Shown piece by piece: positions 40,131 through 53,024 of a DNA stretch of 64,000 nt; within the stretch, counting starts at the first letter, position 1, and every line of letters starts with the position of its first letter. The position numbers and the translations under genes are program-made. Below the pieces are notes generated by a model. The model was given only the letters and a program-made list of their open reading frames with translations. It made no database searches and was not told where the DNA came from. The stretch is from Camelus dromedarius (Eukaryota): assembly GCF_036321535.1 (NCBI RefSeq), contig NC_087436.1:92134001-92198000 (forward strand), read 5' to 3'.

Positions 40131-42224
40131 ATTCACCCCCCGTCATCAGAAAATAGATATGTGATCATCTCGTAGTTGACATATTATGGCGAGTATCTGC
40201 ACGTGTGTGTGTGCTTTTCTGTATTTTCAGATGCACACGTGTTATCTTCATCCTTAATAAATAAAGCATAGTTATTCCTCAGGTTTTACAAGTTACATTT
40301 ACACAGGTGTAACTTACATAGAATAAATGTCACCCTTTTAATGCTACAGATTGAGGAATTTTGACAGACACATAGAGGACTCCATGTATTTTTAAGTGAT
40401 TTGCTTAAACCAGATCTTCTGTGCCCAAATCCAGTGCTCTCTTCACTACATCAAAATACTTTTTAAAATTACCCCCCAAACTTTCACTCATTTGTTTCCA
40501 CTTCTTAATACCTTATGCCATTTTTTTTTTTTGCCTTGAAAAATTAATTACTATAATAAACGCCTCCACAGAGCTGCAGGTGGGAGGACATCATCAGACA
40601 GGCCCTTTGTTGTATGAAACAATGGGATTGAGAGAAAATAATTCCTGGTAGCGAGACAGCAAAGACCAGACAGGAAATCAGGACACCCTGGGCCTGACAA
40701 TTGCTTTAGAGAATTTTAATGATTAGCCTTTTTCTTTTTTTGGCAGGGGGAGAACATCTGACCCATCTTAAAAAGCACAGGAAACCAAAACTTCATATAT
40801 TGAAAATTACACCATTCTAGAAGGAGTGATAACTTTCAGCTCACTCCTGGGTTCCTTCTGTCCGCCTGACACAGATCATTTTGGGGCTCCAAGGGAGTTC
40901 TCACAGAAATTAGAAGCAGACAAGCACAGACAATGAGAGTAACATTGAAGGGTAAGAAAACAAGTTGCTGGCATCCAGCAGACACGGCGTGGTGAGTCTG
41001 CATAATGTAAGATGGATACAGTATGAGGTCGGCCACCCAGACGATGGATGATATCCCTGTTGCGACTAGGACATTGTCCCCAGCTAGAGTGGCAACAGCT
41101 TGTAGTCTGGCTTAGAGATCATATACCCGTCACCCCAAATAAATTAATTAACACCCACCCTCTGAATTAAATAGCCCTGTCTGCCTGCCCAGCTTCTGTC
41201 AGTGTTCTTTCTTCCTTAGTGCCTGTGCCTTCTCCGAGCTTCCCAATGGCCTTCAGAGCTGCCAAGCAGGCAGCCCCTGTTCTTCAGTTCGGTGTCATCA
41301 TGTCAGGAGATTGCAATCAAGCCTTAATAACACTCTGCAGCCTGGGAGACATTAGCCATCCCTAAAGCTCAGCTAACTTTTTGTTACAGGCATCTGTTCA
41401 AGACAGATCAAAGTCCGCCCAGGCTCGGCCAGCCCACCACATGCACTCCAAAGGAGTGTCAGCGAGGGGGCACCAAAGATGGACTCGCATTTCTGTGTTT
41501 ATGCCTTCGTCGGGTTTCTTACTCCTATCAGAAATATGCGAAGATCAGCAAGGGATGTTCTGTCATCTAAAAGATGACCAAGGAGAGTTGAGACTAAAAT
41601 CTTGAGAAGCATTTCCTTCCAAGCTGTCCAGATGGCACTCAACTCATCATAAAGCTAGAAGAGGAAGATTCTGCATTGGTTTGGTGCTATAGTTTCTGGC
41701 TCTCACCTGCTGTGTCTTAAAACATCAAGTCAAAGGGATGGGATCTGAAGAAGCTGATTTTGCAAAACGATCACCCGAATAGCTTCCGAGCGAGAGAAAA
41801 CTGTAATTTCAATCAGGTGATGATGTTGGCAGCCAAAGTGGTCAGATATTCCATCAGTAATTATTCGCAAACTCAGACATCTATTAACCGAAGCACAGCC
41901 AGTTCTATACGCACAGCGGAGCAAATTGGAGCTTTAAAAATTAAAACGAGTACACAACTTCAAAATTTGATGCCCAAAAGATATATTTGTGTTGCAGGAA
42001 AATTTGTAAAGACATCAATTTCTCTGTTGTCCTCACTGCTTTGGGAAACTGTAAGCAAAGTTTATCTTTTTCATTTGGTGATTTTTTCCAATCACCAAAT
42101 GAGCCCTCATAATTCTTATATAATCTTAGAGGGGCGTACCCTGAAATAATCCTCCAATTGAAGTTTTGTCTACCCAAGAGTGGGGGTCCTGAGCAATAGA
42201 TTTTGTGATTTAGAATCTTTCTAG

Positions 42225-42379
42225 TCAATGTGTGGTCCTCAGAGCGTTAGTATCACATGGCTGGAGAGCCTGTTAGAAATGCAGACCCTCAGACCCCACC
42301 CAGAGCTACTGAATCAGAACCTGCCTTTTGACAAGATCCCCAGGGGATTCCTGTGCACATCTAAGTTTGAGAAGTGCTC
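42225..42379. mobile_element. MER5-family hAT DNA transposon remnant
   Basis: tgttagaaatgcaga...cccacccagagctactgaatcagaa...acaagatccccagg...aagtttgagaag. Confidence 0.85.
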
Positions 42380-42635
42380 GTTTTAGAAAAACCAAAGCAG
42401 AATATTTGTTATATTTGTATAGAATATTCCTTATACCCATTCATTATGGACTAAATCCACACCTGCCAAGCTTAGGTGCTTATTGAATCTTGGTTCAAAG
42501 AAACACACACTTTTTTAGCTAGTCTAAGTAAACAGTGTGGATTAACCCAACCACTTTATGAGAAGGAGATGGAAACTAAGCTCCTTTACCCTTGAACACT
42601 ACTCTAGAGAAGTAAACAAGGCATTCACTGGACTT

Positions 42636-42745
42636 CTAGGGTGACAAATAGTTCTGGTTTGCCTGGGAGAAAGAAGGGTTTTCTAGGACCAGCGACTTTC
42701 AGTGCTAAAACAAGGACAGTTCTAGACTAAAAGGGATGACTGACT
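42636..42745. mobile_element. hAT-Blackjack (MER81-like) remnant
   Basis: tagggtgacaaatagttctggtttgcctggga...gactttcagtgctaaaac...ggacagt. Confidence 0.6.
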
Positions 42746-43189
42746 TTATGATATCTCTCTAAATGTTTATTTTCTGACAAGTCTTAAGGGGTTATTCTTA
42801 ATATTTATATGCTCACAACCTTTAAAAAATTTCTACAGATTAAAGCCACTCCTTCTCACGTTACCTAAGATCAGAACAGCTCTTATTCTAGAACCAATAC
42901 CCTCATTTATTGGACTTATTTTTTTTACCGGGAGTTTTCAAAGTAAACCCAGAGGAGCATGGAAACAGGACATCACAGCCTCCTGAGGCATGGGGCAGTT
43001 TGGGACAAGAGACAGCAGACCGCGATATTAGGGTAAGCTGTGAGGATTCCTGAGTGAGCACAGACACACCAGAATAGAAAAAAAAAAAAAAAAGCATAAA
43101 AACAAACGTCTAGCTAGCTTCTCAATGTGGTTTAATGCCAACTGTAACAAACATGTCGATTTGCCTGCTGCACTATATCCCTTCCTTAG

Positions 43190-43580
43190 AGAGAGTGCAT
43201 GGAACCCACCCCTGGCCTCAGGGGACCTCTGGCCCAAGCATAATCAGTCGGTTTCTCTCTCTGGGGAATTTCTAACTAGATAACAGTGTTTTTCACCAGT
43301 ATTTGTGGTCACTGGAATTTAGGGGCATTCTTGGGGTGATCACTTTTTGCCATATGCATGGAGAAACTGAGAAAGCCGTTTGTAAAGGTAGGGAAAAAGG
43401 AGATACAGATATCCAGAGGAACACAAAAGCAGAGTTTTGGGGTCAGGGTGGGGGCAGGACAGAGAGACAGAGAGAGAGTCCTTCGCTCCTGGTCTCATTC
43501 CTGTTACTGCTTCTAGTTCAATTGCAGGAGAATGCAGTTTCCCAGCCTTTTTGCCTCCAGGCATCTCATCTCTTGATGGA
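43190..43580 (+). mobile_element. Ancient MaLR LTR remnant
   Basis: cccacccctggcctcagggg...tctctggggaattt...ttttgccatatgcatggagaaa, resembling old MLT1 elements. Confidence 0.45.
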
Positions 43581-45029
43581 CATGGTACTTGAGGAAGCCC
43601 CACTTGCAAACTTTCAGCTTCCCACAGGCTCCTGCTTCACAACAGGACCACAGCAATGTCCTAGCAGGGCCTCTCAGCCAGACTCCCTCTGAGTTGACTG
43701 TTTTGCCCAATTGCCCAATTCCCTTTCCAATTTCTAACCTCACAGGGCCGTAGCATTCATGAGCTTAGGTTCCAGGGTGTCACCCTCAGGTCCAAATGTC
43801 CCAGCTCTGGGTCAGTGCTGTGCAGAACAAGTCAATTTTGCAGGCTCTACAAATCCCTCTACAGCTGTATGCTCTAGCCCGAAAGTGCTCCAAGGAAAGA
43901 ACCAATCAGCCTACCTTTTACCAGACCCAGCAATCAGGCAGGCCCAGGGGAAGGACCAGTGACCCAGAGGCCAACTGCCTGGCGTTCAAATGTTAGCTCT
44001 GAGTCAAGGTGTGTGACTCTGGTGAAAAAAAAATTTAACTTCCCTGAGTTTCCCCTTCTTTGCCTGCAAAATCTCAAGTCTAACTGTATGAAATGATCAT
44101 TTCTGTAGGTCAAAATGATGGAGTACGAGTAACTTCATACGGATAAACCTAATAGTATTATACCTGTCTCAGAGGTGAGTGAAGATCTGAGGTTTTAAAA
44201 CAGTGTTTTCCGGTATCTGACCTCAATGAGTATAGCTATTAATCTCAATGTGCTGTCATCCAGCGCAATAGCTTTCTTTCCAAAGGTACTTTAGGACAAT
44301 GAGGAGGAAGAGGAGCTAACACAGCAGAAGTCGCCCAACCTCCCCAGGCTGCTAGGCGCCCTGGCTCACAAGCCCCGGAGTGTAATTCTCTAACAGATTA
44401 TGATCTTACTGAGCTTGGCAGGGCACGTGGTTAGCAGGTGGCCCCAGGACGGCAGCTGCAGGGTGCTCGGGGAGCGGCACTGTGACAGCCGACAGCAGCA
44501 GGGTGGGCAGCCCAAGCTCTCCGAGGACACCTAGAAGCAGAGGCTCACGTGTGAGGTGCAGGGCACACCCAGAAAGACAGGTGACAGTTTGTCCTACAGC
44601 AGCCATCCGGGTTTGGTCCAGCCAAGTCTCCAGACAGAAAAGGCTTCTCAAAATAGAGCCACAGATTGAGTCCAGCCTTTCACAAAGCACCCTCACCATA
44701 AAGCCATCTTTCTGTGACCGCGGTGTGGAAAGGGCTGCCTGCTCCCCAGCAGTGCTTCTGCGCCGACACGGACAGTCACCCGTATCAACAGTCAGGCTCC
44801 GACAGGACAGGTCAGCCAGTCCTCACACAGCTGGTCCTTGAGGTATCACTCCTGGGGCAGGCAATGCCATGGTGGACTCCTCTCCTCTCCTAGCTTTAAA
44901 AATTCTAAAATTATAAATGCCCAGTGACCCAAGTCTACAGAGTGGTTCAAGCATTCCCTCTTCCTGGACCACCTTCCCTTAAACATCACATCACCCGCTC
45001 CTCCATGTCTCTTGGTGTCACACTATCAG

Positions 45030-45136
45030 CAGGGTGACCAAGCTGCCATTCCAGGTTGTTATCCCAGGATTACTAAGTGGCACTTTTTTTTGTACTCAAA
45101 GAATCTCCATTGGACAACACACTATACAGTCACCCT
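45030..45136. mobile_element. hAT-Blackjack (MER94-like) MITE inside an L2 remnant
   Basis: Terminal inverted repeats agggtgac ... gtcaccct about 105 bp apart, with L2-like flanks (about 44950-45350). Confidence 0.6.
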
Positions 45137-45499
45137 TCTCTGACAACTTAGATAAAACCTATTACTATCTCCCTTAACCTGCCTTATTATTCTTCATGTT
45201 TTACAATGATTTGTCTCTCATGGCCCCATGTAAGCTGCTCTAGAGCAAAAATGTAAACAATTTTGATACATGCTATATCTTATCACCTAGAACAATGCCC
45301 GGAAAGTACTTGGAAGTTATTCCAAAAACGTCTGTTGAATGAATTTAAAAATTAAGAAATAGAGGCTTTTTTCCTTCTAAATATTAATTTTTAGTTCAAT
45401 TACCTGGTGAAATACTAATAAAGTTAATCAACTAAGTCCGTACCCAGTCTTTCCTTAAAATGCTTCAGCATTCTAACAAAGCAGTATGTTTCACAAATT

Positions 45500-45915
45500 G
45501 GTCATCCTGCTGTATTTCCACCAGCCTCCCCAGGACCCATTGCCTTCCACAGACACAGTGGAGAAGTTAGCCAGCGGCACTTAGCAGGCATATTTTCATT
45601 CTGTCTTGGCCATGCCTCTACACAGAGTGTCTGTTCCAGCAGCTCTACAGAGTGGGCAGTCAGACAACCCTGTCCCTGGGCTGGCACAGTCAGATAATCA
45701 GATTCCTTGGAGTGAGAACACAGCAGTTCTAGGAGCTTCTGGCAGAGAACAAGGTGGAGAAGTCAGCCCTGTTGATTCCTGGGGATGTCCAGCTCTTGCC
45801 TCCCCACCAGGCCTGGCGTAATGTCCTTCCATGTACAGCTCTAGGTGAGCCACCTGTTTATTTGACCTGGTTTGAGTAGCTTTCTGTTGCTTACAACCAA
45901 CAACCCCGAGTCACT
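45500..45915 (+). mobile_element. Ancient MaLR LTR remnant
   Basis: The terminus tggtttgagtagctttctgttgcttacaaccaa is typical of MLT1J/K-type ends. Confidence 0.45.
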
Positions 45916-48900
45916 GGGGAAATTTGCCAGAATTGCTCCTTCTTATTACTACAAAACACCGTCCAGGCAAAAGCTCTCGGGAGCTCACTTCCCTGGAACC
46001 CCAGATTCCACATACAAAAATCTTTAACTCTCCAGAGCTGATTTGTACATTGACTAGCTGTAGGAAAATGGAGCATTTGAATGAAAATACGCTGATAGTT
46101 TAAAACCACTTGATGACTTTATTTCTACATGCCCACTAGACACTTTCAGCAAGATGGGATGCTGTTACCTAAGTGTAAAATATCTAAAATAGAACTTCAT
46201 GATTCCTTGTCCTCCTCTTTCTAATCATCTCCACTTCTGCCAATAGCACTCCTCTTTGTAGCAGATTTCTGCTCTTCTCAACACCTCCCTCGACTTTGTC
46301 TCTCTCTACAAGCACTGCTTGTGTTCCTTTCGAAACACACCTCCTTTCTCCTCATTCTCAAGAGTCTTCACTTAAGCCCAAGTTCTAGTGTGAAAAGACA
46401 CTGCACTCAGAATTGGCAAGTCTGGGTTTCTTTCAAGCTTCTCTACTAACTGCCTTTGGATCCTGTGTTTTCAAATGTAAAAATATCATCCAGAGAACTT
46501 GAATGGATGAACCCAAGCACCCAACCTAACTAAAACAATGAGGTGAATTAATGATCATTTCTTATCCAATAAATTCACTCTATTTAATAAAATTTTATGC
46601 ATACTTTATCCCATTAAAGGGTTTTCATACAGCTATTTTTTTTTCTTTCCTTCCTACCTTGTCATTTACTTTCTTTTCCTTTACCTCTTTACCTATTCTC
46701 ATTTCCTGTTTCTATTTTTGAAATATCTTGTATCAGCTTTCTCCACTTTTGATTTTTATGCCCTGGCACCTGGTGAGCACATGAATGAGCTCCAATTTTA
46801 GAAGGCACAGCTGTGCTTTTAAGGGAACTGGAAAAGGACAAAACCTCTTTTTAACAACCTGGAGAGATCATCTGGCTTTTTCAGCGATTGCTTTATGTTT
46901 CATTTTTCAGAGGAGTAAATAACATCCTCACATCAACAAAGCACCAGTGGCCCTGAGCGCAATCCCTTGTTGTAAAAGCGGATAAAGATAAATAACCTGG
47001 CTTGTACATTTCAATATTTTATGAATGGGCTTGAGCCTCAGGGACCCATTTCAGAATCAAGTCTAGGCCGTAACTCAGGCAATGATTCACTGCACATGGT
47101 TATTTAGAAGCCGAGTCTCCTCAGCTCCATCAGTGATCCCTGCCTGCGTCATACCTCAAACCTCCTTTTGTACCAAGTATCTTAATACCCTCCTTACTCT
47201 CCTGGAGTGACATGCATAGCACTGTAATCCATCTACACAGAAATAATATATTCATTCCACAGTTTCTTCTCCAAATTCTAAAGCCCAATGAGCTCTGAAA
47301 TATGAAAAGTTTTACCAAATTTTGGCACCTAACCTCACATGGCTGCATCCCCTGATCTGCACTGACGAGAGTAACTTACTCTATTTACCCCACCTATTAT
47401 GAAGATTTGCTACAATAAAACCAATGTTTTTAGTTACAGGGGCTCACCTATATCCCATTATGGGTGTTACATTATACCAGGTGCATGTACCTCATTGGCC
47501 TTCTAAAACCTGGAGAAGACTGAAAATGCTTCTGGCTAAGAGATACATAAAATGGCTTTTGGAACTATGTGACCTACCTTCACACAAACACTCAATATAA
47601 CATCCTGGCTTTAGCATGAAGAAGAAATACAAGGATATTAACTGATGAGAAACCACACATACTTCATTATGTAAGCCCTTGGCCCTGACATAGTAGAAGA
47701 TGTATTGAAGTGGTCTGATGCCTGCACCAGCACACAGAAGCATCCATCCCTGGGATGACAGGCACATATGCAAACTGGCAGGGGGTCCTGTTAACCACTC
47801 AAATGCACAACCAACACAGTGACATCACTTTCTAAAATGATGAATAACTTCTGAGGAATTTCCAAACAAAGCAAAATACTATACGCCTCTCAACTTACAC
47901 ATCAGCTGCATTTTCTGGAAAATAAACTGCATATTAAAACTGCCCAGAAAGCACCTGTGTTCAGATGCCAGCTGGAGTTCATTTCCAGGCTAAGATAATA
48001 TGAAATGTGTACAGCATATGTGTACATTTGTTGTGCTGGGATCTCCCACACTTGGCAAAATGACTAGAATCCCTGGATCCAATTTTATTAAATGACAGTG
48101 GAGAACCCTCCCCAAGTATTTAACAACCAAAAGACATTCTCCCATGATTTCCAGAAGGCCCCCCAGGGGGAGGAATTTCCTTCCTACAAACCACTGAACT
48201 CATTTCTCTTCAGTTTGTCCCAAACCACACTAGCATTCCGGATTATAGACAGCATGGTACCAGAACAGAAAGACAGGCTTATTGATGCTCCTTTCTCTCA
48301 TATTTCTGGCTGAAATTGGGTTCCTGATTCCACGTGCAGAAAATGCAAAAAGTTTCTTATCCTTAAAGCTTTTTTATTCTATGACCTGTGCTCCCCAAAC
48401 CCTCTTCACAGTAGACAGGTTTCACTCAAATACCTTCTAAGACCCTTTTGGAAGCATCAAGTAGGGGGAAAAAAGTCCCCAGAGGGTAGCCGGCAGTACA
48501 AACACACTTAAATAGTGGTAGATCTTTCATGAGCTGGATGTCAAAATGTGATTTTTTCTAAAACTAGAAATTAAATACTACACAACAATGACTCATGGTT
48601 TACAACAAGCATAGCCGGTTTCATACACCATCATCTCCCAACAACTAAATTTTTCCCCCATTTCTGGGACACGTCTATCTCTTTAAAGAACCTGAAAACA
48701 GCCGTTGGCTGAACCCGTACTGTGCAGACCCACATTTGAGCGTGGACCATGGGCAATGCTCATGGAATGTAAGAACTAGAAAGAAACTTAGAGATAAAAT
48801 TCAGCTTCATCAATTTCATCAGTTTTCAAAGGAGCAAATCAGGGTGGTCACATGGATAGTTAGGGACATCACCCAAAGTAAGACCGGCTTCCAGTGGAGA

Positions 48901-51034
48901 CATTGTTCCATGACCACTGTTCCATGCTACCAGGTCTCAATAATGCCTAAGAGATCATACGCACATTCTTGGGTTGAGTTTTCAGTTCACTTTCTTTATT
49001 GCTGTGATCGGTACGTTGTTAAATATACGGTCGCCTGAGGCTATAAGTAATTGTTTGGGATCCCCTTTCCTGTTAGTCTCTCCTGATAAGGGCTGCTCAC
49101 CTGCTTCTCCATTATTTTCCCTTCTATTCCACACCTGTTGGGCTCCACAGCCTCTGGCTTTACAAGTTTACCTCGGCACTTATCTTCCTCCCCTCTAAAA
49201 TTTCAGTGCCCAGCTTTTTAGGTGCTTTTATTTGGAATGACAAGAAGGAAAGTGAAGGCTGATGGAAGCCAAGGAAACAGTTCAGACTGAAGACGAGTGT
49301 CATAATTCAGGCAGGCTCAAACGATGGACCTGCTGAGGAGAGGACAGAGAGGGCGTGAGAAGAGAAGCAGCCAGGAATGGGCAGCACTAGGGTTGGACAG
49401 AACAGACCAAGAGGAGTCATCAATCTCCAAAAGAGTGTGGCAAACCCGCCTTCCATTCGGATGAGTGCCTGTGTTCACTGAGGGGTGGCGCAGCAGAGAC
49501 CAGGTAGGGGTCATTTTCAGAGCAAGGCTAAGGTGAGGTGGGGAAGGGGACTGGGTCAGGGCTCAGAGTCATCCTTCTCTGGGAACAGACTCCATCATGT
49601 GCCTCCATCAAGTAAACACGAGACAGTTTTCGGCCACGGATGGTTAAGAGGGTGCTCGCAAAAGAGCTAGTCCGGAAGTGGGCAGAGACCCATCGGAGTA
49701 GGTAAGGGTTCAGGACTCAGGTCCAGCACCAGCAGGACCTGAGGCAGTGGAGTAGAGACAGGTGGAAACCCAGCTGCATGGAGGGGCCAACAATATGAGG
49801 TGAGGCTGCAGGCCAGTGCCCAGTGGGGGGCTAGTGCCGGTTTTGTGGCTTTAGGCACCAAAACTTGTCTTCTACTGCTTGACCAACTATAGTCTCCTAC
49901 CTGAGTCTCTACTGTGTCAGAAAATGAGACCTCAGTTCCCAAAGCCAAGCTAGAGAAAACCGAGGCTGACCCAGGCCATGTGTAACATGCAGAATGACAT
50001 CAGAGGAGACAAATAAATTGATGATAAAGGGAAATACACGTGAGCTGAACTAATATTGTGGTACTAGGTACCAGCTACGGAAGCAGGCTCGCTGTCCATA
50101 CATACAAGAACAGCTCTGAAACTGGCAAAGCCTGCTCTGGGAAGTTGCCTTCTCCGTGGAATAGGGACCCAAGTAGCTTCCTAGACTCCGAACAGCTCAG
50201 GACTCACAGGCTCCAAGTCTGTAAAATGTGAACTCCCTGTAGTTCACTTTGTTATTACTCCCTGTGGTACCCAGCAGAGCCTGACACCCTGAGAGGAACA
50301 GTCCCGTGCAGTTCACTTTGGAATTACTGCCTCCTAGACTTAAGCACCCAAAATGCAGGACGGCTTTGGGAGCAGCAGGCATCTTCCCACCGACGCTGCA
50401 GCTCACAGGCAACACCAGTTTTAAGTACTGAAAGCCACTTTGTGCCAGGATCGTCTCCACTATACTTCCTCGTATTACACAGACTGTAACTTTCCTAAGG
50501 AAGAGATAGTAAAATAAAAATAAAGGTGTGTTTTTAAACCTCTCTCCCTTCTTGTCGGTTGGCACAAAAACAAAAGGCAGTTTGCTGTAGTGGAGAAAAA
50601 AGGGTATCACTCAGGAATCACATTAATTTTTTTAAGAACTTTAGGTAACAAATTCTTAAATTCTTGTCTTCTACTTATTCAAATGTAGCACAGTTTTCTA
50701 CACATTCTCAAAAGGTTACATTTATAGTTTCTGAAAGAATAGAAACATATTAGGATGCTAGTTTTATAAAACCAGTTCACTGATAATAAACATCATAAGC
50801 TATGTAACTAAAAAGGATCAACACATGATCTAGATTTTTTTTTTTTCAACCTTTCCTGGCTGTTTTGTGTAGGCCCTTCCTGGGAGGGTTATCCATAAGG
50901 TTCTAGTCAGGAAAACAGACACAATTCTAGGTTTTTCAAAGCAAGGAAATTTAATTGAGGGGATTGGTTACATGGATGTCAGATGAGGTAAGAGAGAAAC
51001 CAGGGGCGATGAGGTAACTCAGAAATGAGTAACT

Positions 51035-51561
51035 GAATGTTCCATTTCTCTATTTTTGCATACCTCAAACTTCAGTGGCTCGAAACAATCACTTTTTATC
51101 ATGATCTTTCGCAGTCCTGGGATGTGGGTGGGCGCCGTTAGGTGACTCTCACTTGGATTCCCTTGTGCAGTTGTAGTCAGATGGTGACGGAGATTGGAGT
51201 CATCCTGAAATCGTACTCGCTCACGTGTGTGATAGTTAATGCTGGCTATTGGCTGGGACCTTAGCAGGGATTACTGGCCAGAACACCCACACAGAGCTTC
51301 TCCGTGTGGCCTGGCCTTCCTTAAATGACAGTCTCAGACTTCTACTTAATGACTCAGGCTTCAAAGGCAAGGAATCCAAGAGAAAGTTCAGAAAATCCAT
51401 CCCCTTTTATGACTGACCCTCAAACATCATTTAGTGTCACTTCTGCCATATTCTGCTTGTTGGTTAGGCAGCAAATTTGGTCTAGAGATAAAGGGGGAAG
51501 ACATAGGCCCCATCTCTTAGTGCGAGGAAGTCAGAGAATTGGTGGACATGTTTAAAAACCA
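51035..51561 (-). mobile_element. MaLR LTR (MLT1F-like) nested in an older LTR-like element (about 50890-51800)
   Basis: caaacttcagtggctcgaaacaa...tgcagttgtagtcagatgg...ctccgtgtggcctgg...gtcacttctgccatattctg...catgtttaaaaacca. Confidence 0.7.
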
Positions 51562-51984
51562 GACAGAGGAAGCAACTACCACCCCTATGTCTGGGAGATC
51601 CGAAAGAGGCACTGTTACAGGAATCAGGAACTTGGGTGTCAGAGGCCAGTGCTGGAGCCTGGGGGAGGTGGTGCTGGAATCACAGAGAGAGATGGAAGGC
51701 GGATCTACATCTTGCCGTTCCAAGCCCAGTGACCCCACAGGAGCAGTATTATTATTCCACCACCCATATTGCCCCTGCTGTCAGCTTCTTATATAACTAT
51801 GCCTGACATGACAAAGTACTGACTGGCACACTAGTAAACTGATGAGTAGATTACTGGCTTTTGTTATAATCATATTTTTCAATGAACAACTCCATGAAAA
51901 TAGGCTGCCTGCTTTTTTAAGAAACTAAATCTTTGAGTCTGATATAAAACAAACTCTTTGATAAGTCAGGGTCATAAGGAAAAG

Positions 51985-52325
51985 CATTAGTGCCAAATTA
52001 AAATAACCTAAGAGACATCATAACCAAACACAGTGTGTGGTCTTGACTTACACAAATCAACTGTAAAGGACATTTTATAGCCAACTGTGGAAATGTGAAT
52101 ATGATCCGGGTATTAGATGAGATAAAAATTTACTGAACAGGAAAGATGAGGATCATTGACTAAGAAAAGAAGCTTACAAAACAGGATGTACAATATTAAT
52201 ATGTACTGAGGTATTAATGCTGATGATCCCTGACGGAATAGGAAAGGGACATTTCTTTAAATTTTTCTTGTTTTGTGTTCTAGTTTTCTATAATGCATGT
52301 GCATTATTTCTGTAACTATAAAGAA
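51985..52325 (+). mobile_element. Old L1 (L1ME-like) 3' end
   Basis: taagagacatcataaccaaacacagtgtgtgg...aaatgtgaatatga...gtattagatga. Confidence 0.55.
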
Positions 52326-53024
52326 GTTATTCTACTAAAAACCTTTCTTTAAACAAGGAGGACATACAGGTGGACTCACCATCACATGGAACCTGTGTCT
52401 CAGATTTATAGTTTCAGAAATGCACTGTCAGGCTGAGGAGCAAATTTATTTTCATGAACCCTGAATCCAGACAGAAGCCAGAGACAGAGATATGACCCCC
52501 TGCAGGAATCAACATACTTTCTCTTGGATTCAAGTAGATATTAGTGATTTTGAACAAAGCACTAAAGAAAAGGAAATTAAAGAGTCTCCCTCTAAACTGG
52601 TGTCTTCTGTCTTGTCTCAGCACATGAAAGTATCCAAGTATCTCCATCTTAAACTAAACATGATGCTCCCCACAGTTCTCTCCTTGATATTCTTCTTTTT
52701 CTTCTCATTTTATATTTTCCTCCAAACAGGCCATCATCTATAGAGATGACTCCCAAATACACATCTTCATTCCCAATAGCTCCCCTAAGAATAGATGTGA
52801 TTGCCTGCTAAATATTCCATTGGGATTCTCAGGGGACCCTAGAATTCAACACATCCAGCATTAAATTTAACCATATTTCTTCTTGCAAAAGACATTATTA
52901 ATTCTATATTTCTAATCCTTATAAATGAATGATATCAAATCAGAAACATGATGGTCATCCCAAATTTCCTCCATAATCCCACCACCCACACACACACCTA
53001 GTTATTTGCAGATGCCCTGGTAAT

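Noticed and set aside
44406..44841. GC-rich ORFs of 97 and 119 aa
   Set aside because: Low-complexity translations with no homology or clear exon structure, and too few CpGs for a CpG island.
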